Source: Desulfurococcaceae archaeon (GTDB lineage Archaea; Thermoproteota; Thermoprotei_A; Sulfolobales; NBVN01). Taken from it: 64,000 nt of DNA. The notes under the pieces are model-generated. The model was not told the DNA's origin. It saw only the letters and a program-made list of their open reading frames with translations, and searched no databases. Of this stretch, positions 1 through 9,488 are shown piece after piece (within the stretch, counting starts at the first letter, position 1; the number at the start of each line of letters is the position of its first letter). The translations under genes were made by a program, and so were the position numbers. The stretch covers positions 7,359 through 71,358 of the forward strand of contig JAJHQR010000001.1 in NCBI GenBank assembly GCA_020833255.1. The letters run 5' to 3'.

Positions 1-803
1 CTGGGAGGATAGAGAACGGGTCAGCCCTCTTTAAAAGGAGGAATAATGAGGTAGTAGATCTACTTAAGGTTCCTGAGGAAGTCATCAGGGATATTAGAGG
101 TAATGAGATAGCCTACGTATTTCAGGACCCTACGTCAGCGTTAGACCCACTCTACACCGTTGGTACGCATATAGTGGAGACGGTGACCAATCATAGGAAG
201 GTTAAGGCTAAGGAGGTTTTGAGGGATGCTATCAGACTCTTAAAGGAGGTTGTCATACCGAGTCCTGAGCTAAGAGTTAAGAATTACCCGCATGAATTGT
301 CGGGCGGCATGAGGCAGAGGGCAGTAATAGCTACTAGTTTATCTAACAGTCCTAAGCTACTTATAGCTGATGAACCCACTACGAACCTAGACGTGACTAT
401 TCAGGCACAAATCCTCGAATTACTCAAAAACTTGCAAGCGAAGTATAAGATGAGCTTGATCCTCATAACACATAATCTAGGCATAGTAGCTGAAATCTCG
501 GACAGGGTTTACATAATGTATGCTGGTAAGATAGTTGAGGAAGCTCTCACTACCGACTTATACTACAAGCCTCTACATCCATACACGCAATTACTACTTA
601 GGTCTGTCCCAAACCCGCTCAAGAGGATTGAGAAACTCGAGTCTATACCTGGCGTGGTCCCCTCCTTAATAAACCCGCCCCCTGGTTGCAGATTCTATCC
701 TAGGTGTCCTTACGCGACCGACGTATGCAGGCGTGAGGAACCGTCTATGATAGAGGTGGAACCTCGGCATAGGGTTGCGTGTTGGCTTTATTTAAAGAGG
801 TGA
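1..803 (+). CDS. ABC transporter ATP-binding protein, oligopeptide/dipeptide type (OppD/DppD-like), 5'-truncated by window edge
   Basis: Frame 3 is open from nt 3 (GRIENGSALF...IRGNEIAYVFQDP), so the GTG at 174 is internal. ABC signature LSGGMRQR, Walker B LLIADEPTTNLD, Opp-type C-terminal PPPGCRFYPRCPY. Confidence 0.9.
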   Translation, partial: GRIENGSALFKRRNNEVVDLLKVPEEVIRDIRGNEIAYVFQDPTSALDPLYTVGTHIVETVTNHRKVKAKEVLRDAIRLLKEVVIPSPELRVKNYPHELSGGMRQRAVIATSLSNSPKLLIADEPTTNLDVTIQAQILELLKNLQAKYKMSLILITHNLGIVAEISDRVYIMYAGKIVEEALTTDLYYKPLHPYTQLLLRSVPNPLKRIEKLESIPGVVPSLINPPPGCRFYPRCPYATDVCRREEPSMIEVEPRHRVACWLYLKR

Positions 804-808
804 TCTAG

Positions 809-1774
809 ATGTCATCGCCTCTACTCGAGGTGCTTGATCTGAAAGTCTATTTTAGGGTGAGGGGTTCCTTATTCGCTAAAGTTAAAGCTGTTGATAATGT
901 GAGTCTCAAGGTATTCAAAGGAGAAACTCTGGGCATTGTTGGGGAAAGCGGTTGCGGGAAGACTACTCTAGGCAAGACGATACTCTTACTTAACAAACCC
1001 ACGTCCGGCAAAATATTATTTGAAGGCCTAGACGTAGTTAAGCTGAAGGGCAGGAAATTACTTGAGTTCAGAAGAAACGCACAGATGGTTTTTCAAGACC
1101 CTCACACATCATTAAATCCTAGAATGACTATAGCAGAAACTTTGCTAGAGCCGTTAAGGGAACATAAAGTCCAGTTAAACGATTACGAAGAGTATTTAAT
1201 TAAGGAGATGGAGAGTGTTGGTTTAGGCTCAGAACACCTATACAGATACCCGCACGAGCTTTCAGGAGGTCAGAAGCAGAGGGTCGCGATATTAAGAGCC
1301 ATAATCTTAAGACCTAAATTAATAGTGCTTGACGAACCTACTTCGGCTCTAGACGTATCTGTTCAGGCGCAAATCCTTGAATTGCTGAGGGATCTACAAA
1401 GAAATCATAACTTAACCTACGTATTCATATCACACGATATCTCAGTAGTTAAATACATGAGTAACAGAATAGCGGTAATGTACTTAGGGAAAATAGTGGA
1501 GATAGGGAACTCGCAAAAACTTTATGAAAAACCTCTCCACCCCTACTCAGTTATGTTGCTCTCATCAATTCCAATACCGGACCCGTTAGTCTCCCGAAGC
1601 AGGAAGAAGGTAATACCTCAAGGCGAGCCACCATCCCCAATAAATCCGCCTCCTGGATGCAGGTTTCACCCCAGGTGCCCTTACACCATGGATATATGCA
1701 AAACCAAAGAACCTCCTTTAACGGAAGTTGAGCCAGGATATTACGTAGCTTGCTGGCTCTACGCACACGGCTAA
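809..1774 (+). CDS. ABC transporter ATP-binding protein, oligopeptide/dipeptide type (OppF/DppF-like)
   Basis: Walker A GESGCGKTT, signature LSGGQKQR, Walker B LIVLDEPTSALD, C-terminal PPPGCRFHPRCPY. Starts 6 nt after the upstream stop. Confidence 0.92.
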   Translation: MSSPLLEVLDLKVYFRVRGSLFAKVKAVDNVSLKVFKGETLGIVGESGCGKTTLGKTILLLNKPTSGKILFEGLDVVKLKGRKLLEFRRNAQMVFQDPHTSLNPRMTIAETLLEPLREHKVQLNDYEEYLIKEMESVGLGSEHLYRYPHELSGGQKQRVAILRAIILRPKLIVLDEPTSALDVSVQAQILELLRDLQRNHNLTYVFISHDISVVKYMSNRIAVMYLGKIVEIGNSQKLYEKPLHPYSVMLLSSIPIPDPLVSRSRKKVIPQGEPPSPINPPPGCRFHPRCPYTMDICKTKEPPLTEVEPGYYVACWLYAHG

Positions 1775-1858
1775 TTACGTATCGAAATATTGTGGGTCCC
1801 CTATAGTCAAATAACGTTATTATTATATCGTACATATAACATTATTAGGTGGTTAGTA

Positions 1859-2566
1859 ATGAACGCACTGGTTACAGGTGCTTCATCAGGTATTGGGAGG
1901 GCTTTAAGTATTGAGTTCTGTAGGGAGGGTGGTAAGGTTTTAGGGGTTGGGAGGAGTGTTGAAAGACTTGAGGAAATTAAGAACGCTTACAATAATTGTT
2001 TCGATTACTTAGTTCTTGACTTAAGTGATGTTAGGAGTGTGAGGTCCGTCGTCGCCGAGGTTGCGAGGAGGTTTGAGGTTTTGGATGTGTTGGTGAATAA
2101 CGCGGGTTACGGATTATACAGAAACTTACTTGATTTAAGTATTGACGAGATTGTTAGCATGACTTTAGTGAATTTCGTTACGCCTTTAGCGTTAGTTAAT
2201 GAGCTCTTACCTCTCATGAGGAGGGGGTCCACGGTAGTCAACGTAATAACTGCGGGGGTGCATGTCTTAATGACTAAGCTACCTCTTTATGGCGCGACGA
2301 AGATAGCGTTGCATTATGCTTCAGAAGCTCTACGCAGGGAGCTTAGAGCTAAGGGAATACACCTACTCAGCGTTTATCCAGGCGTTGTCAGAACTAGCTT
2401 TCACTCCAGAGCCGGCTTAAGTGATGTTAGAGGTGGTGTGTCTCCTGAGGAGGTAGCTAAGAAGATAATTAAATCTGTTAAGTCTAGGAAGAAGCGTGTC
2501 TACATACCTGGCTATTTAGAGGTAGCGCGTGTTTTCCTAGGTCCTCACCTACTAGCTCTATACTAA
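1859..2566 (+). CDS. short-chain dehydrogenase/reductase (SDR)
   Basis: N-terminal TGASSGIGRA cofactor motif, NNAG, YGATK active-site motif. ATG 1859 (MNALVTGASSGIG) preferred over the track start 1790. Confidence 0.85.
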   Translation: MNALVTGASSGIGRALSIEFCREGGKVLGVGRSVERLEEIKNAYNNCFDYLVLDLSDVRSVRSVVAEVARRFEVLDVLVNNAGYGLYRNLLDLSIDEIVSMTLVNFVTPLALVNELLPLMRRGSTVVNVITAGVHVLMTKLPLYGATKIALHYASEALRRELRAKGIHLLSVYPGVVRTSFHSRAGLSDVRGGVSPEEVAKKIIKSVKSRKKRVYIPGYLEVARVFLGPHLLALY

Positions 2567-2580
2567 TACTTGCTTCACGC

Positions 2581-3504
2581 TCATCGCTTGTGAATAAAGC
2601 CGACAGCTTCTTCCAGAGTTGAGAAGCCTTTCCTCTCAAGCCAGTTCTCAAGCTCCTTCAGCAAGTTACTCACGTGTTCTCTAGGGTTCCTAGCGGTCAT
2701 CAAAGAAGTCACTAACTGGACCGCCCTAGCCCCGGCTAGTATGTAGGAAGCTATGTCGCTCCAGTACCTGATACCGCCGCAACCTATTATCTCCGCTTTA
2801 TACTCTTTGTAAGCGTCGTGAACAGCTCTTAACCCGATGTAGAGTATCGGCGCCCCGGAATACCCCATATTACTGGATGAAAGACTGTAAGAGAGTTTCT
2901 CAGGATCTATGGAGACTACCTTAACGGAGTTTATCAGGGTCACGGCCCTAGCCCCGCCCTCAAGAGCTTTCCCCACCATTTGGATCAAGCCGTTCCTGAA
3001 GTCAATCCCTAACTTAGCTATGACAGGTAGTCTCACAGTGCTTGAGACTCCTCTCACCACCTCATACATTGTTTGCAGGTCCGTCAGTGAGTTAAGTCCG
3101 TAGCCTGACGTGGTAGGACAACTCAAGTTAAGCTCGACGGCGCTAGCCCCAGCCTCCTCAGCTATGGATGAAACCTCCAGATATTCCTCCAGCGACCTAC
3201 CCCCAACACTAACTATTACTGGCACGCCGCAACCTCTCGCTTCCTGAACTAACTCGTAGATATGCGTAGCTCCCGGGTTAGGCAAACCCATAGAATTGAT
3301 GACCGCTCCTAAATCACTCAAGTATAGAATATTCGGTGGTTTATTCATGACTCTCGGATAACGAGTGATCGTTTTAGTGACTATCGCCGCCAGACCCCAA
3401 GAACACATTATGCTTACCTGCTGCCTACTACTACCTAAAAGACCGCTACCGTTCATCACGGGATGACGCAAACTTAATCCACACACCCTACTACTTAACC
3501 TCAC
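2581..3504 (-). CDS. pyrD: dihydroorotate dehydrogenase family protein (class 1-like TIM barrel)
   Basis: HPVMNGSGLLG N-terminus, ELNLSCP active-site loop, GCGGI FMN-phosphate motif. GTG start. No pyrK neighbour seen. Confidence 0.65.
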   Translation of the reverse strand: MRLSSRVCGLSLRHPVMNGSGLLGSSRQQVSIMCSWGLAAIVTKTITRYPRVMNKPPNILYLSDLGAVINSMGLPNPGATHIYELVQEARGCGVPVIVSVGGRSLEEYLEVSSIAEEAGASAVELNLSCPTTSGYGLNSLTDLQTMYEVVRGVSSTVRLPVIAKLGIDFRNGLIQMVGKALEGGARAVTLINSVKVVSIDPEKLSYSLSSSNMGYSGAPILYIGLRAVHDAYKEYKAEIIGCGGIRYWSDIASYILAGARAVQLVTSLMTARNPREHVSNLLKELENWLERKGFSTLEEAVGFIHKR

Positions 3505-3687
3505 CTAAAATCACCTCAAGCCAACGAACGTTATAGTAAACTCAACGAAGTCTTATAAAGCTTTCTACGCTCCTCGAACATCACCCTCAAAATAACATGG
3601 CTTAGTAACCATAACGATAATCCCTTGAAGTAATGGTTTAGGAGTGGTAGATATTTGCGGGATTTATTTTTCTTGAGTAAGTATTCT

Positions 3688-6600
3688 ATGATGAAGGTGT
3701 GTGCGGTGAAGGAGAAAATCTTGTTAGTGGTTTTGATTGGTTTAGTCTTCGTCAGCGTCTTCTCAACCCCGTTAGGTTTGGTGAGGGCTGAGAGGAAGCC
3801 TCTTAACGTGATCATAGTTTGGCATTATCATCAACCATGGTATTACGGGAGCAACGATTCTTACTTCATTCTGCCTTGGGTTAGAATGCATTCGGTAGGT
3901 AATTACTATAAGATGGCTTTAATACTGAGTAAGTATCCTGAAGTCAAAGCAACCTTCACGTTCTCCGGCTCACTCCTCCACCAGTTGCTGAGCGCGGTGA
4001 ACGGCGTCATGGACTTAAGGCAGATAATATCTTGGAAGATAGTTAATGGGACAGCAACTACTAAAGAGCTTTTCGAGATGTTGAGGATACCGGGGGGTTT
4101 CTTCGACATTAACTGGGCTAACATACTGGAGCTCTCGCCTAGATTCAAGGAGTTGAGGAGTAAAGCTCAAGCAGCTTTCACGAAATACTCGGGTCTTCCT
4201 GAGGAGGATATGATGGTTAAGGTGGTTAACGAGTTTACTAGGCAGGACTTCATAGATCTAGCGACTCTCTTCAACCTACTCTGGATAGATCCGGAGGTGG
4301 TGGGTAGTGAGTACCCTGAGTTAATGTCTTTGAGGGAGAGAGCCTTAACCCAGACAAGCCCTTCCTACACTGAAAGCGAGCTAGCTTTGGTTCTCAATAA
4401 GCACGTGGAGATAATGAGTAAGATAATACCTAAGTATAGGGAATTGCTTAACTCAGGTCAGGCAGAGCTTATCCCAGTACCCTACTCACACCCTATAGCT
4501 CCGCTCCTAGCCGACCTAGGCTGGTACGACGATCTAAGACTACATGTTAGGAAGTCGTTAGAGCTCTTCAAAACCTACTTCAACTACACCCCCTCAGGCG
4601 TCTGGCCAGCGGAGCAGGCGGTCAACGAGGAAGCGCTGAGAGTGTTTAGTGAGCACGGTATCTCGTGGTGTGTGACTGACAGGAACGTGCTAGAGTTAAG
4701 CGGTGTTGACGTAACGAAACCGGAGAATTACTTGAGGCCTTGGAGAATAGACTTCAACACCTCATCCTTCTACGTGTTCTTCAGAGACCCTGACCTAAGC
4801 AATAGGATAAGCTTCTCGTACTCGGGGATGGAGACTAGCGCGGCTATCGAGGATTTAAGGAATTACCTACTGAGCATAGCTTCCGAGAACACTGATGAGA
4901 GCAACGTCATAGTTGTGGCTTTAGACGGGGAGAACCCGTGGGAGAGTTACAGAAACTTCGGCGACGACTTCTTAAACTCTCTTTACTCAACCCTCACAGA
5001 ACTGCAGGAGCAAGGCTACATAGTCACCTTAACCCCTTCCGAGTACTTGAGTCTGTATAGGGGGAGAAGCCCTCAACTACCGCTAACTACCCAGAAATAC
5101 CTTGACTTAGCAGGGAAAGACATATCTCATATAACGGCTTACGAGTCACTACCTACCAGGGAGCTTCAAGCAAGGATAGCTGAGAGTTCTTGGAGCGGTA
5201 AAGACGCTAGATTAAGTACTTGGATAGGTGATAAGCAGGAAAATATCGCTCTGATGTGGTTGGTTAAGGCTAGGAACGACGTGATATCTAGGTACGGCGT
5301 CTCAAGCCTTAGTGAGTTAGCTGAGGTGAATCCAGCGGCTACGGAAGCTATCTTAAGAGCTCAGGCAAGTGACTGGAATTGGTGGTATGGTGGGGAGTGG
5401 GGTCCTGTAGGAAGGTTCGACATAGTATACAAGTATTACTTGACTGAAGCTTACGAGTCCTCAGGCATTCAGCCACCGCCGTACCTAAACGCTACCTTCC
5501 TCCCCGACGGCGTTCCCGCAGGATTAATCAACGCGCAATCACCGCCGTCCTTAAAGACCAAGCCGGTGAATTACTTAATACCTGAGTCAGAGCTAGACCG
5601 TGTGTTGGAGGTTATCGTAGCTCATGAAGTGCTAGATAAGGTTATCGTAGGGGTTGATAGTGATTATATGTACGTGAATTTCCGGATTAAATCACCTGGT
5701 GATTCACCGTACTCGGTAGTTCTCTACTTGAGTAATCCTAGAAGGAGTTACTCGCCGTGGGTCAGGGGCTACAACGTGTTCCCGATAAACGCTACGAGGG
5801 ATTTAGGCGTAGCCATAGCTAGTGCGGTGGTTATCAAAGTATCTAGAGAAGCTTTAACGGATCCTCTCAGAAGGGTGGTCATCACCTACCAAGCAAGCGG
5901 TAACGAGTCGTACTATCCTTCCTACGTTGACTACTACAACGTGTTGGTTAGCGATAGCGATATCTACGTAGCGCTAGGCGTTAAGTGGGTTAATCTAGGC
6001 TTGGAAGTTGGTGACGTAACTTACTTGGCGGCGGCACTCTACGCTAACAACACCTTAGAAGCTTACTCGAGTAGGTTAGGGAGTGTTTACTTCGTTAGGG
6101 TGCCTAGACCCCCGGTAGCTCCTGGAGCTAACTTAATAGCGGAATTCACGGACCCCGAGAAAGACGATAAAGGTACTGGAACTTACGTCTACCCGTTAAA
6201 TAAAGTGTTCGTGCCCGGAGTCTTCGACCTACTTAAGTTTAGCGTGCTCGACGCCGGCGATAAATACATCCTAACTTTTGAGGTTAGGGAGTTAGGCGGT
6301 AATCCGTGGGGAGGGCCTAACGGCTTCAGCATGCAGTTCTTCCACGTATACTTAGACACCGACAACGTTCCAGGTAGCGGCAACATAACCACCTTCGGGT
6401 TATGGGTTAACGTAGACCCAGAGTATGCTTGGGAAGTAGCGCTACTCATAGGTCCTGGATGGGCCGGAGGCAATAACGTGATATACCCTAACGGCACGAA
6501 CGTAGCTAACGCCATGAGTATCTACGTAGAGCAACCAAACAAGATCGTGGCGGAGGTACCTAAGCAGTTGATACCTGCGATCAAACAGCCTAACGAGTGG

Positions 6601-7062
6601 GGGTGGATCGTGGCACTGACTTCATGGGACGGTTATGGAACCAACAACATAAGGTCTTTCTCCATAGACCCGAGCGAGTGGAACTTTGGCGTAGGAGCGC
6701 AGAACGCTGTAGGGGTTGCCGCGGGAGTCATACCAAGAATAGTAGACCTACTAGCACCAACACCTGAAATCCAGTACGCCCAACTCTCCTCCTACAGCGT
6801 GGACGTGAACACGTTAGTCGGGACCCCTGCTAAAATTAAGGGAGTCAGGCCGGCGATGCAAGCCCCGCAACAACCAACGACCGTAACGGAGACCGTTACG
6901 AGGACGGAGGTGTCGAGTACTACGTTCACGCTAACGGAAACCGTGACAACCCCGCAACTGATTACCGACTGGAACGCGGTGGTTTTAGGGGTGGGTGCAA
7001 CAGCGATAATCTTAGGCGTAGTGTTCTTTATGTTGGTTAGGCTCTTCTTCAAGAAGAAATAA
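3688..7062 (+). CDS. surface-anchored GH57 alpha-glucan hydrolase (amylopullulanase/alpha-amylase-like)
   Basis: GH57-type N-terminus VIIVWHYHQPWYY. Signal peptide follows ATG 3688 (MMKVCAVKEKILLVVLIGLVFVSVFS). Large C-terminal extension, Thr-rich stretch, C-terminal TM helix plus KKK. TATA-like TTTATTTTT lies about 20 nt upstream. Confidence 0.8.
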   Translation: MMKVCAVKEKILLVVLIGLVFVSVFSTPLGLVRAERKPLNVIIVWHYHQPWYYGSNDSYFILPWVRMHSVGNYYKMALILSKYPEVKATFTFSGSLLHQLLSAVNGVMDLRQIISWKIVNGTATTKELFEMLRIPGGFFDINWANILELSPRFKELRSKAQAAFTKYSGLPEEDMMVKVVNEFTRQDFIDLATLFNLLWIDPEVVGSEYPELMSLRERALTQTSPSYTESELALVLNKHVEIMSKIIPKYRELLNSGQAELIPVPYSHPIAPLLADLGWYDDLRLHVRKSLELFKTYFNYTPSGVWPAEQAVNEEALRVFSEHGISWCVTDRNVLELSGVDVTKPENYLRPWRIDFNTSSFYVFFRDPDLSNRISFSYSGMETSAAIEDLRNYLLSIASENTDESNVIVVALDGENPWESYRNFGDDFLNSLYSTLTELQEQGYIVTLTPSEYLSLYRGRSPQLPLTTQKYLDLAGKDISHITAYESLPTRELQARIAESSWSGKDARLSTWIGDKQENIALMWLVKARNDVISRYGVSSLSELAEVNPAATEAILRAQASDWNWWYGGEWGPVGRFDIVYKYYLTEAYESSGIQPPPYLNATFLPDGVPAGLINAQSPPSLKTKPVNYLIPESELDRVLEVIVAHEVLDKVIVGVDSDYMYVNFRIKSPGDSPYSVVLYLSNPRRSYSPWVRGYNVFPINATRDLGVAIASAVVIKVSREALTDPLRRVVITYQASGNESYYPSYVDYYNVLVSDSDIYVALGVKWVNLGLEVGDVTYLAAALYANNTLEAYSSRLGSVYFVRVPRPPVAPGANLIAEFTDPEKDDKGTGTYVYPLNKVFVPGVFDLLKFSVLDAGDKYILTFEVRELGGNPWGGPNGFSMQFFHVYLDTDNVPGSGNITTFGLWVNVDPEYAWEVALLIGPGWAGGNNVIYPNGTNVANAMSIYVEQPNKIVAEVPKQLIPAIKQPNEWGWIVALTSWDGYGTNNIRSFSIDPSEWNFGVGAQNAVGVAAGVIPRIVDLLAPTPEIQYAQLSSYSVDVNTLVGTPAKIKGVRPAMQAPQQPTTVTETVTRTEVSSTTFTLTETVTTPQLITDWNAVVLGVGATAIILGVVFFMLVRLFFKKK

Positions 7063-7107
7063 CAAATTCAATCAATTTTTAAGCTTGTTGTCGTATTTTT
7101 TCTTGAG

Positions 7108-8520
7108 GTGATTTGCTTGGGTAGTGGTATTAGTAAGACTCTCGCCATAGTTATAGGTGTCGTGATTTTAATCGCTGTTGTAGGGATCATAATCTACATG
7201 ACTAGCTTACCACCCGCACCCACAACAACACCAACAACCACACCCACAACCACACCAACCACAACACCAACAACCACACCAACTACAACGCCTACCACGA
7301 CAACACCTATTACGTATAAGTTGAAGTTTGGTGATTTGGAGGTAACGGTTACTAAAGAGATTTACGAGGTGGCTCAGAAGGCTAAGAATGGACAGATAGA
7401 CGTTACGATTACTTTCTGGGTTTCTATGATGCCTTTTGAGGAGGACGTGATTAGGAATATTATCGCGAACTTCACTGCCGAGTATCCCGGTATAAAAGTT
7501 AACTTAGTCCACCAGGATAGTATGAAAGACGTTTACCAAGCTCAAGTAGCTATCGGGAGAGGCCCTGACTTACTTACTTGGGCTCATGACTGGACCGGAG
7601 GGTTTGCTGACGCTAACATGATCGTTCCCTTAGACCAGTACTTAACTACCGATATACTGAATCAATACGTTGACTCCGCGCTTAAGGCGGCGTCTTACAA
7701 TAACAAGATATGGGGCTTGCCTTGGGCAGCTGAGACAGTCGCTCTAGTATGTAATAACGCGTTAGTGAGTAAGATCCCGGAAAGCTTTGATGAGTTAAAG
7801 AGCATAATGCAGCAATACTATAGCCCTACTGCAGACATGTACGGTATTTCCTACCAAGTCGATCCTTACTTCGTTTCCGCATGGGCTCACGCCTTCGGAG
7901 GTTATTACTTTAACGACACCACCAAGAAGCCGGGGGTTAACTTAACTGAGACGGTGACTGGGATAAAGTTCTTCTACGAGAATATTTACGTGTACTTATA
8001 TCAAGGCGATTTAGGGCATGACGCGCAACTAAACTTATTCTTGAACGGTAAAACGCCGTGTATAGTGACCGGTCCTTGGGATATTAAAGCTATTAAGGAT
8101 GCAGGCATAAACTTCACCGTGACGCCGTTGCCTAAAATATCTGAGACCGTGGTGCCGAAGCCTTATTCAGGCGTTAAGCTAATATGGCTTAATCCAAACT
8201 CTCAGAATAAGGAGGCTGCAGTACTCTTCGCTCTATGGTTCACGCTGAATAATAGGGTCATACAGAAACTAGCTGAGACAGCCGGCTTCGTCCCAGTTCT
8301 TAAAGCCGTTCTTGGGTGGGAAGGCTTATCCAGACTTCCTGTAGTATATGGTTACGCTAGGGCTGTGGAAGGAAGTATTCCTATGCCTTCCAGCCCTGAG
8401 ATGAACTACGTGTGGGGTCCCGTCAGCGACGCGTTAACCGCTATAAACCAGGGCGTGCAGACAGTGGAGCAAGCGCTCAATTACGCTCAAGCAGAAATAC
8501 TTAAGAAGCTTCCAGGATAG
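7108..8520 (+). CDS. sugar (maltose/maltodextrin-type, CUT1) ABC substrate-binding protein, membrane-anchored via N-terminal TM and (TTTP)n linker
   Basis: N-terminal TM helix, seven TTTP repeats, then a MalE-like body (WAHDW, GLPWAAETVALVCN). Directly followed by two CUT1 permeases. GTG start. Confidence 0.8.
   Translation: MICLGSGISKTLAIVIGVVILIAVVGIIIYMTSLPPAPTTTPTTTPTTTPTTTPTTTPTTTPTTTTPITYKLKFGDLEVTVTKEIYEVAQKAKNGQIDVTITFWVSMMPFEEDVIRNIIANFTAEYPGIKVNLVHQDSMKDVYQAQVAIGRGPDLLTWAHDWTGGFADANMIVPLDQYLTTDILNQYVDSALKAASYNNKIWGLPWAAETVALVCNNALVSKIPESFDELKSIMQQYYSPTADMYGISYQVDPYFVSAWAHAFGGYYFNDTTKKPGVNLTETVTGIKFFYENIYVYLYQGDLGHDAQLNLFLNGKTPCIVTGPWDIKAIKDAGINFTVTPLPKISETVVPKPYSGVKLIWLNPNSQNKEAAVLFALWFTLNNRVIQKLAETAGFVPVLKAVLGWEGLSRLPVVYGYARAVEGSIPMPSSPEMNYVWGPVSDALTAINQGVQTVEQALNYAQAEILKKLPG
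7210..7310 (+). repeat. (TTTP)n-coding low-complexity repeat
   Basis: ACA/ACC/CCA-rich 12-nt periodicity encoding PTTTPTTTPTTTP... Confidence 0.85.
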
Positions 8521-8534
8521 GGTGAATTAAGGGT

Positions 8535-9488
8535 ATGGCGAAACCTAAAGGTAAAGAAGAACTCCTTTTTCCCGCTAAAATAGCTCTCCTCCTCACGATC
8601 CCGTCGCTCTTCCTCTTCATATTCTTTAATATATGGCCGATAGCTTTCTCAGTATACCTAGCGTTCACTAACGCTAATCAAATAAACGTGTACAACCCGG
8701 AGTATCCCGCTAGACCGCTCAGATTCATAGGCTTAAGCAACTTCGTCCAGTTATTTAATGACCCGGCTTTCTACTACTCACTACTGAAAACCTTGCTATT
8801 TCTTGGGACTTCAGTCCCTCTCAAGATGTTGGTTGGGGTAGGCCTTGCTTTCCTCTTCTCATCGCCCCTGATCTACGGGAAGAGGGTGATGAGGGGGTTA
8901 CTGCTAACGCCTTGGGCTCTGCCCGCCATACTATCCGTCATGATATGGAGGGGTGCTCTCGACCCTAGATACGGGCCTATGACGCCGTTCTTCTCGTTAA
9001 TTGTTGGGAGGCCTTTTCAGGCAGTAGGTACGACGATGAACGAATGGGATTCTTTCCTCGCGTACAACATCATAGAGATGTGGTTGGCTTACCCATTCGT
9101 AATGACCGTGGTAGGCGGGGCTATCTCAGGCATCCCTAAGGAGATTATTGAGGCTTCCATAGTTGACGGGGCGGGCGTGTTCTCAAGAACCACTAAGGTA
9201 GTCTTGCCCCTAATTATGAGGACGGTGGCTTTCGTGGCGGTCCTTACGTCAGGCGCTTCCTTACAAGCGTTTCTAATACCTTTCGTTCTCAACGACGGAG
9301 GTCCTATGAAGATCTTCGCAGGTAAATTAATCTCCAGTAATGATTTGCTACTCCTCTACGGGTATCACAGGTTTATGAGAGATTATGAGTGGGGTTACGC
9401 AGCGGCTTTCTACCTGATAGTCGTCATGATCCTCTCCGTATACGTATACATATGGTTTAAGTTCGTCTTCCAGAGAGGTGGTAAGTGA
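8535..9488 (+). CDS. sugar ABC transporter permease (MalF-like)
   Basis: Six predicted TM segments. EAA loop EASIVDGAGVFSRTTKVVLPL. Confidence 0.85.
   Translation: MAKPKGKEELLFPAKIALLLTIPSLFLFIFFNIWPIAFSVYLAFTNANQINVYNPEYPARPLRFIGLSNFVQLFNDPAFYYSLLKTLLFLGTSVPLKMLVGVGLAFLFSSPLIYGKRVMRGLLLTPWALPAILSVMIWRGALDPRYGPMTPFFSLIVGRPFQAVGTTMNEWDSFLAYNIIEMWLAYPFVMTVVGGAISGIPKEIIEASIVDGAGVFSRTTKVVLPLIMRTVAFVAVLTSGASLQAFLIPFVLNDGGPMKIFAGKLISSNDLLLLYGYHRFMRDYEWGYAAAFYLIVVMILSVYVYIWFKFVFQRGGK

Noticed and set aside
1790-1858. N-terminal extension of the SDR ORF, and similar extensions at 22039 (moaE), 44871 (ggt), 52667 (M20) and 47051 (binding protein)
   Set aside because: The upstream codons overlap neighbouring genes or promoters and precede the conserved N-terminal motifs. 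Internal ATG starts fit better.
7210-7310. Short tandem repeats considered as a possible CRISPR or minisatellite
   Set aside because: The 12-nt period sits inside an ORF, encodes TTTP, and has no unique spacers. It is not a CRISPR array.
8886-8910. C-box-like heptamers inside coding regions (e.g. 8886, 11682, 18675, 19629, 35739, 56345, and minus strand near 60990)
   Set aside because: Checked individually. None has CUGA at the 10-12 nt spacing together with a second C'/D pair. The hit near 60990 has C plus D' only and lies within a transporter CDS.
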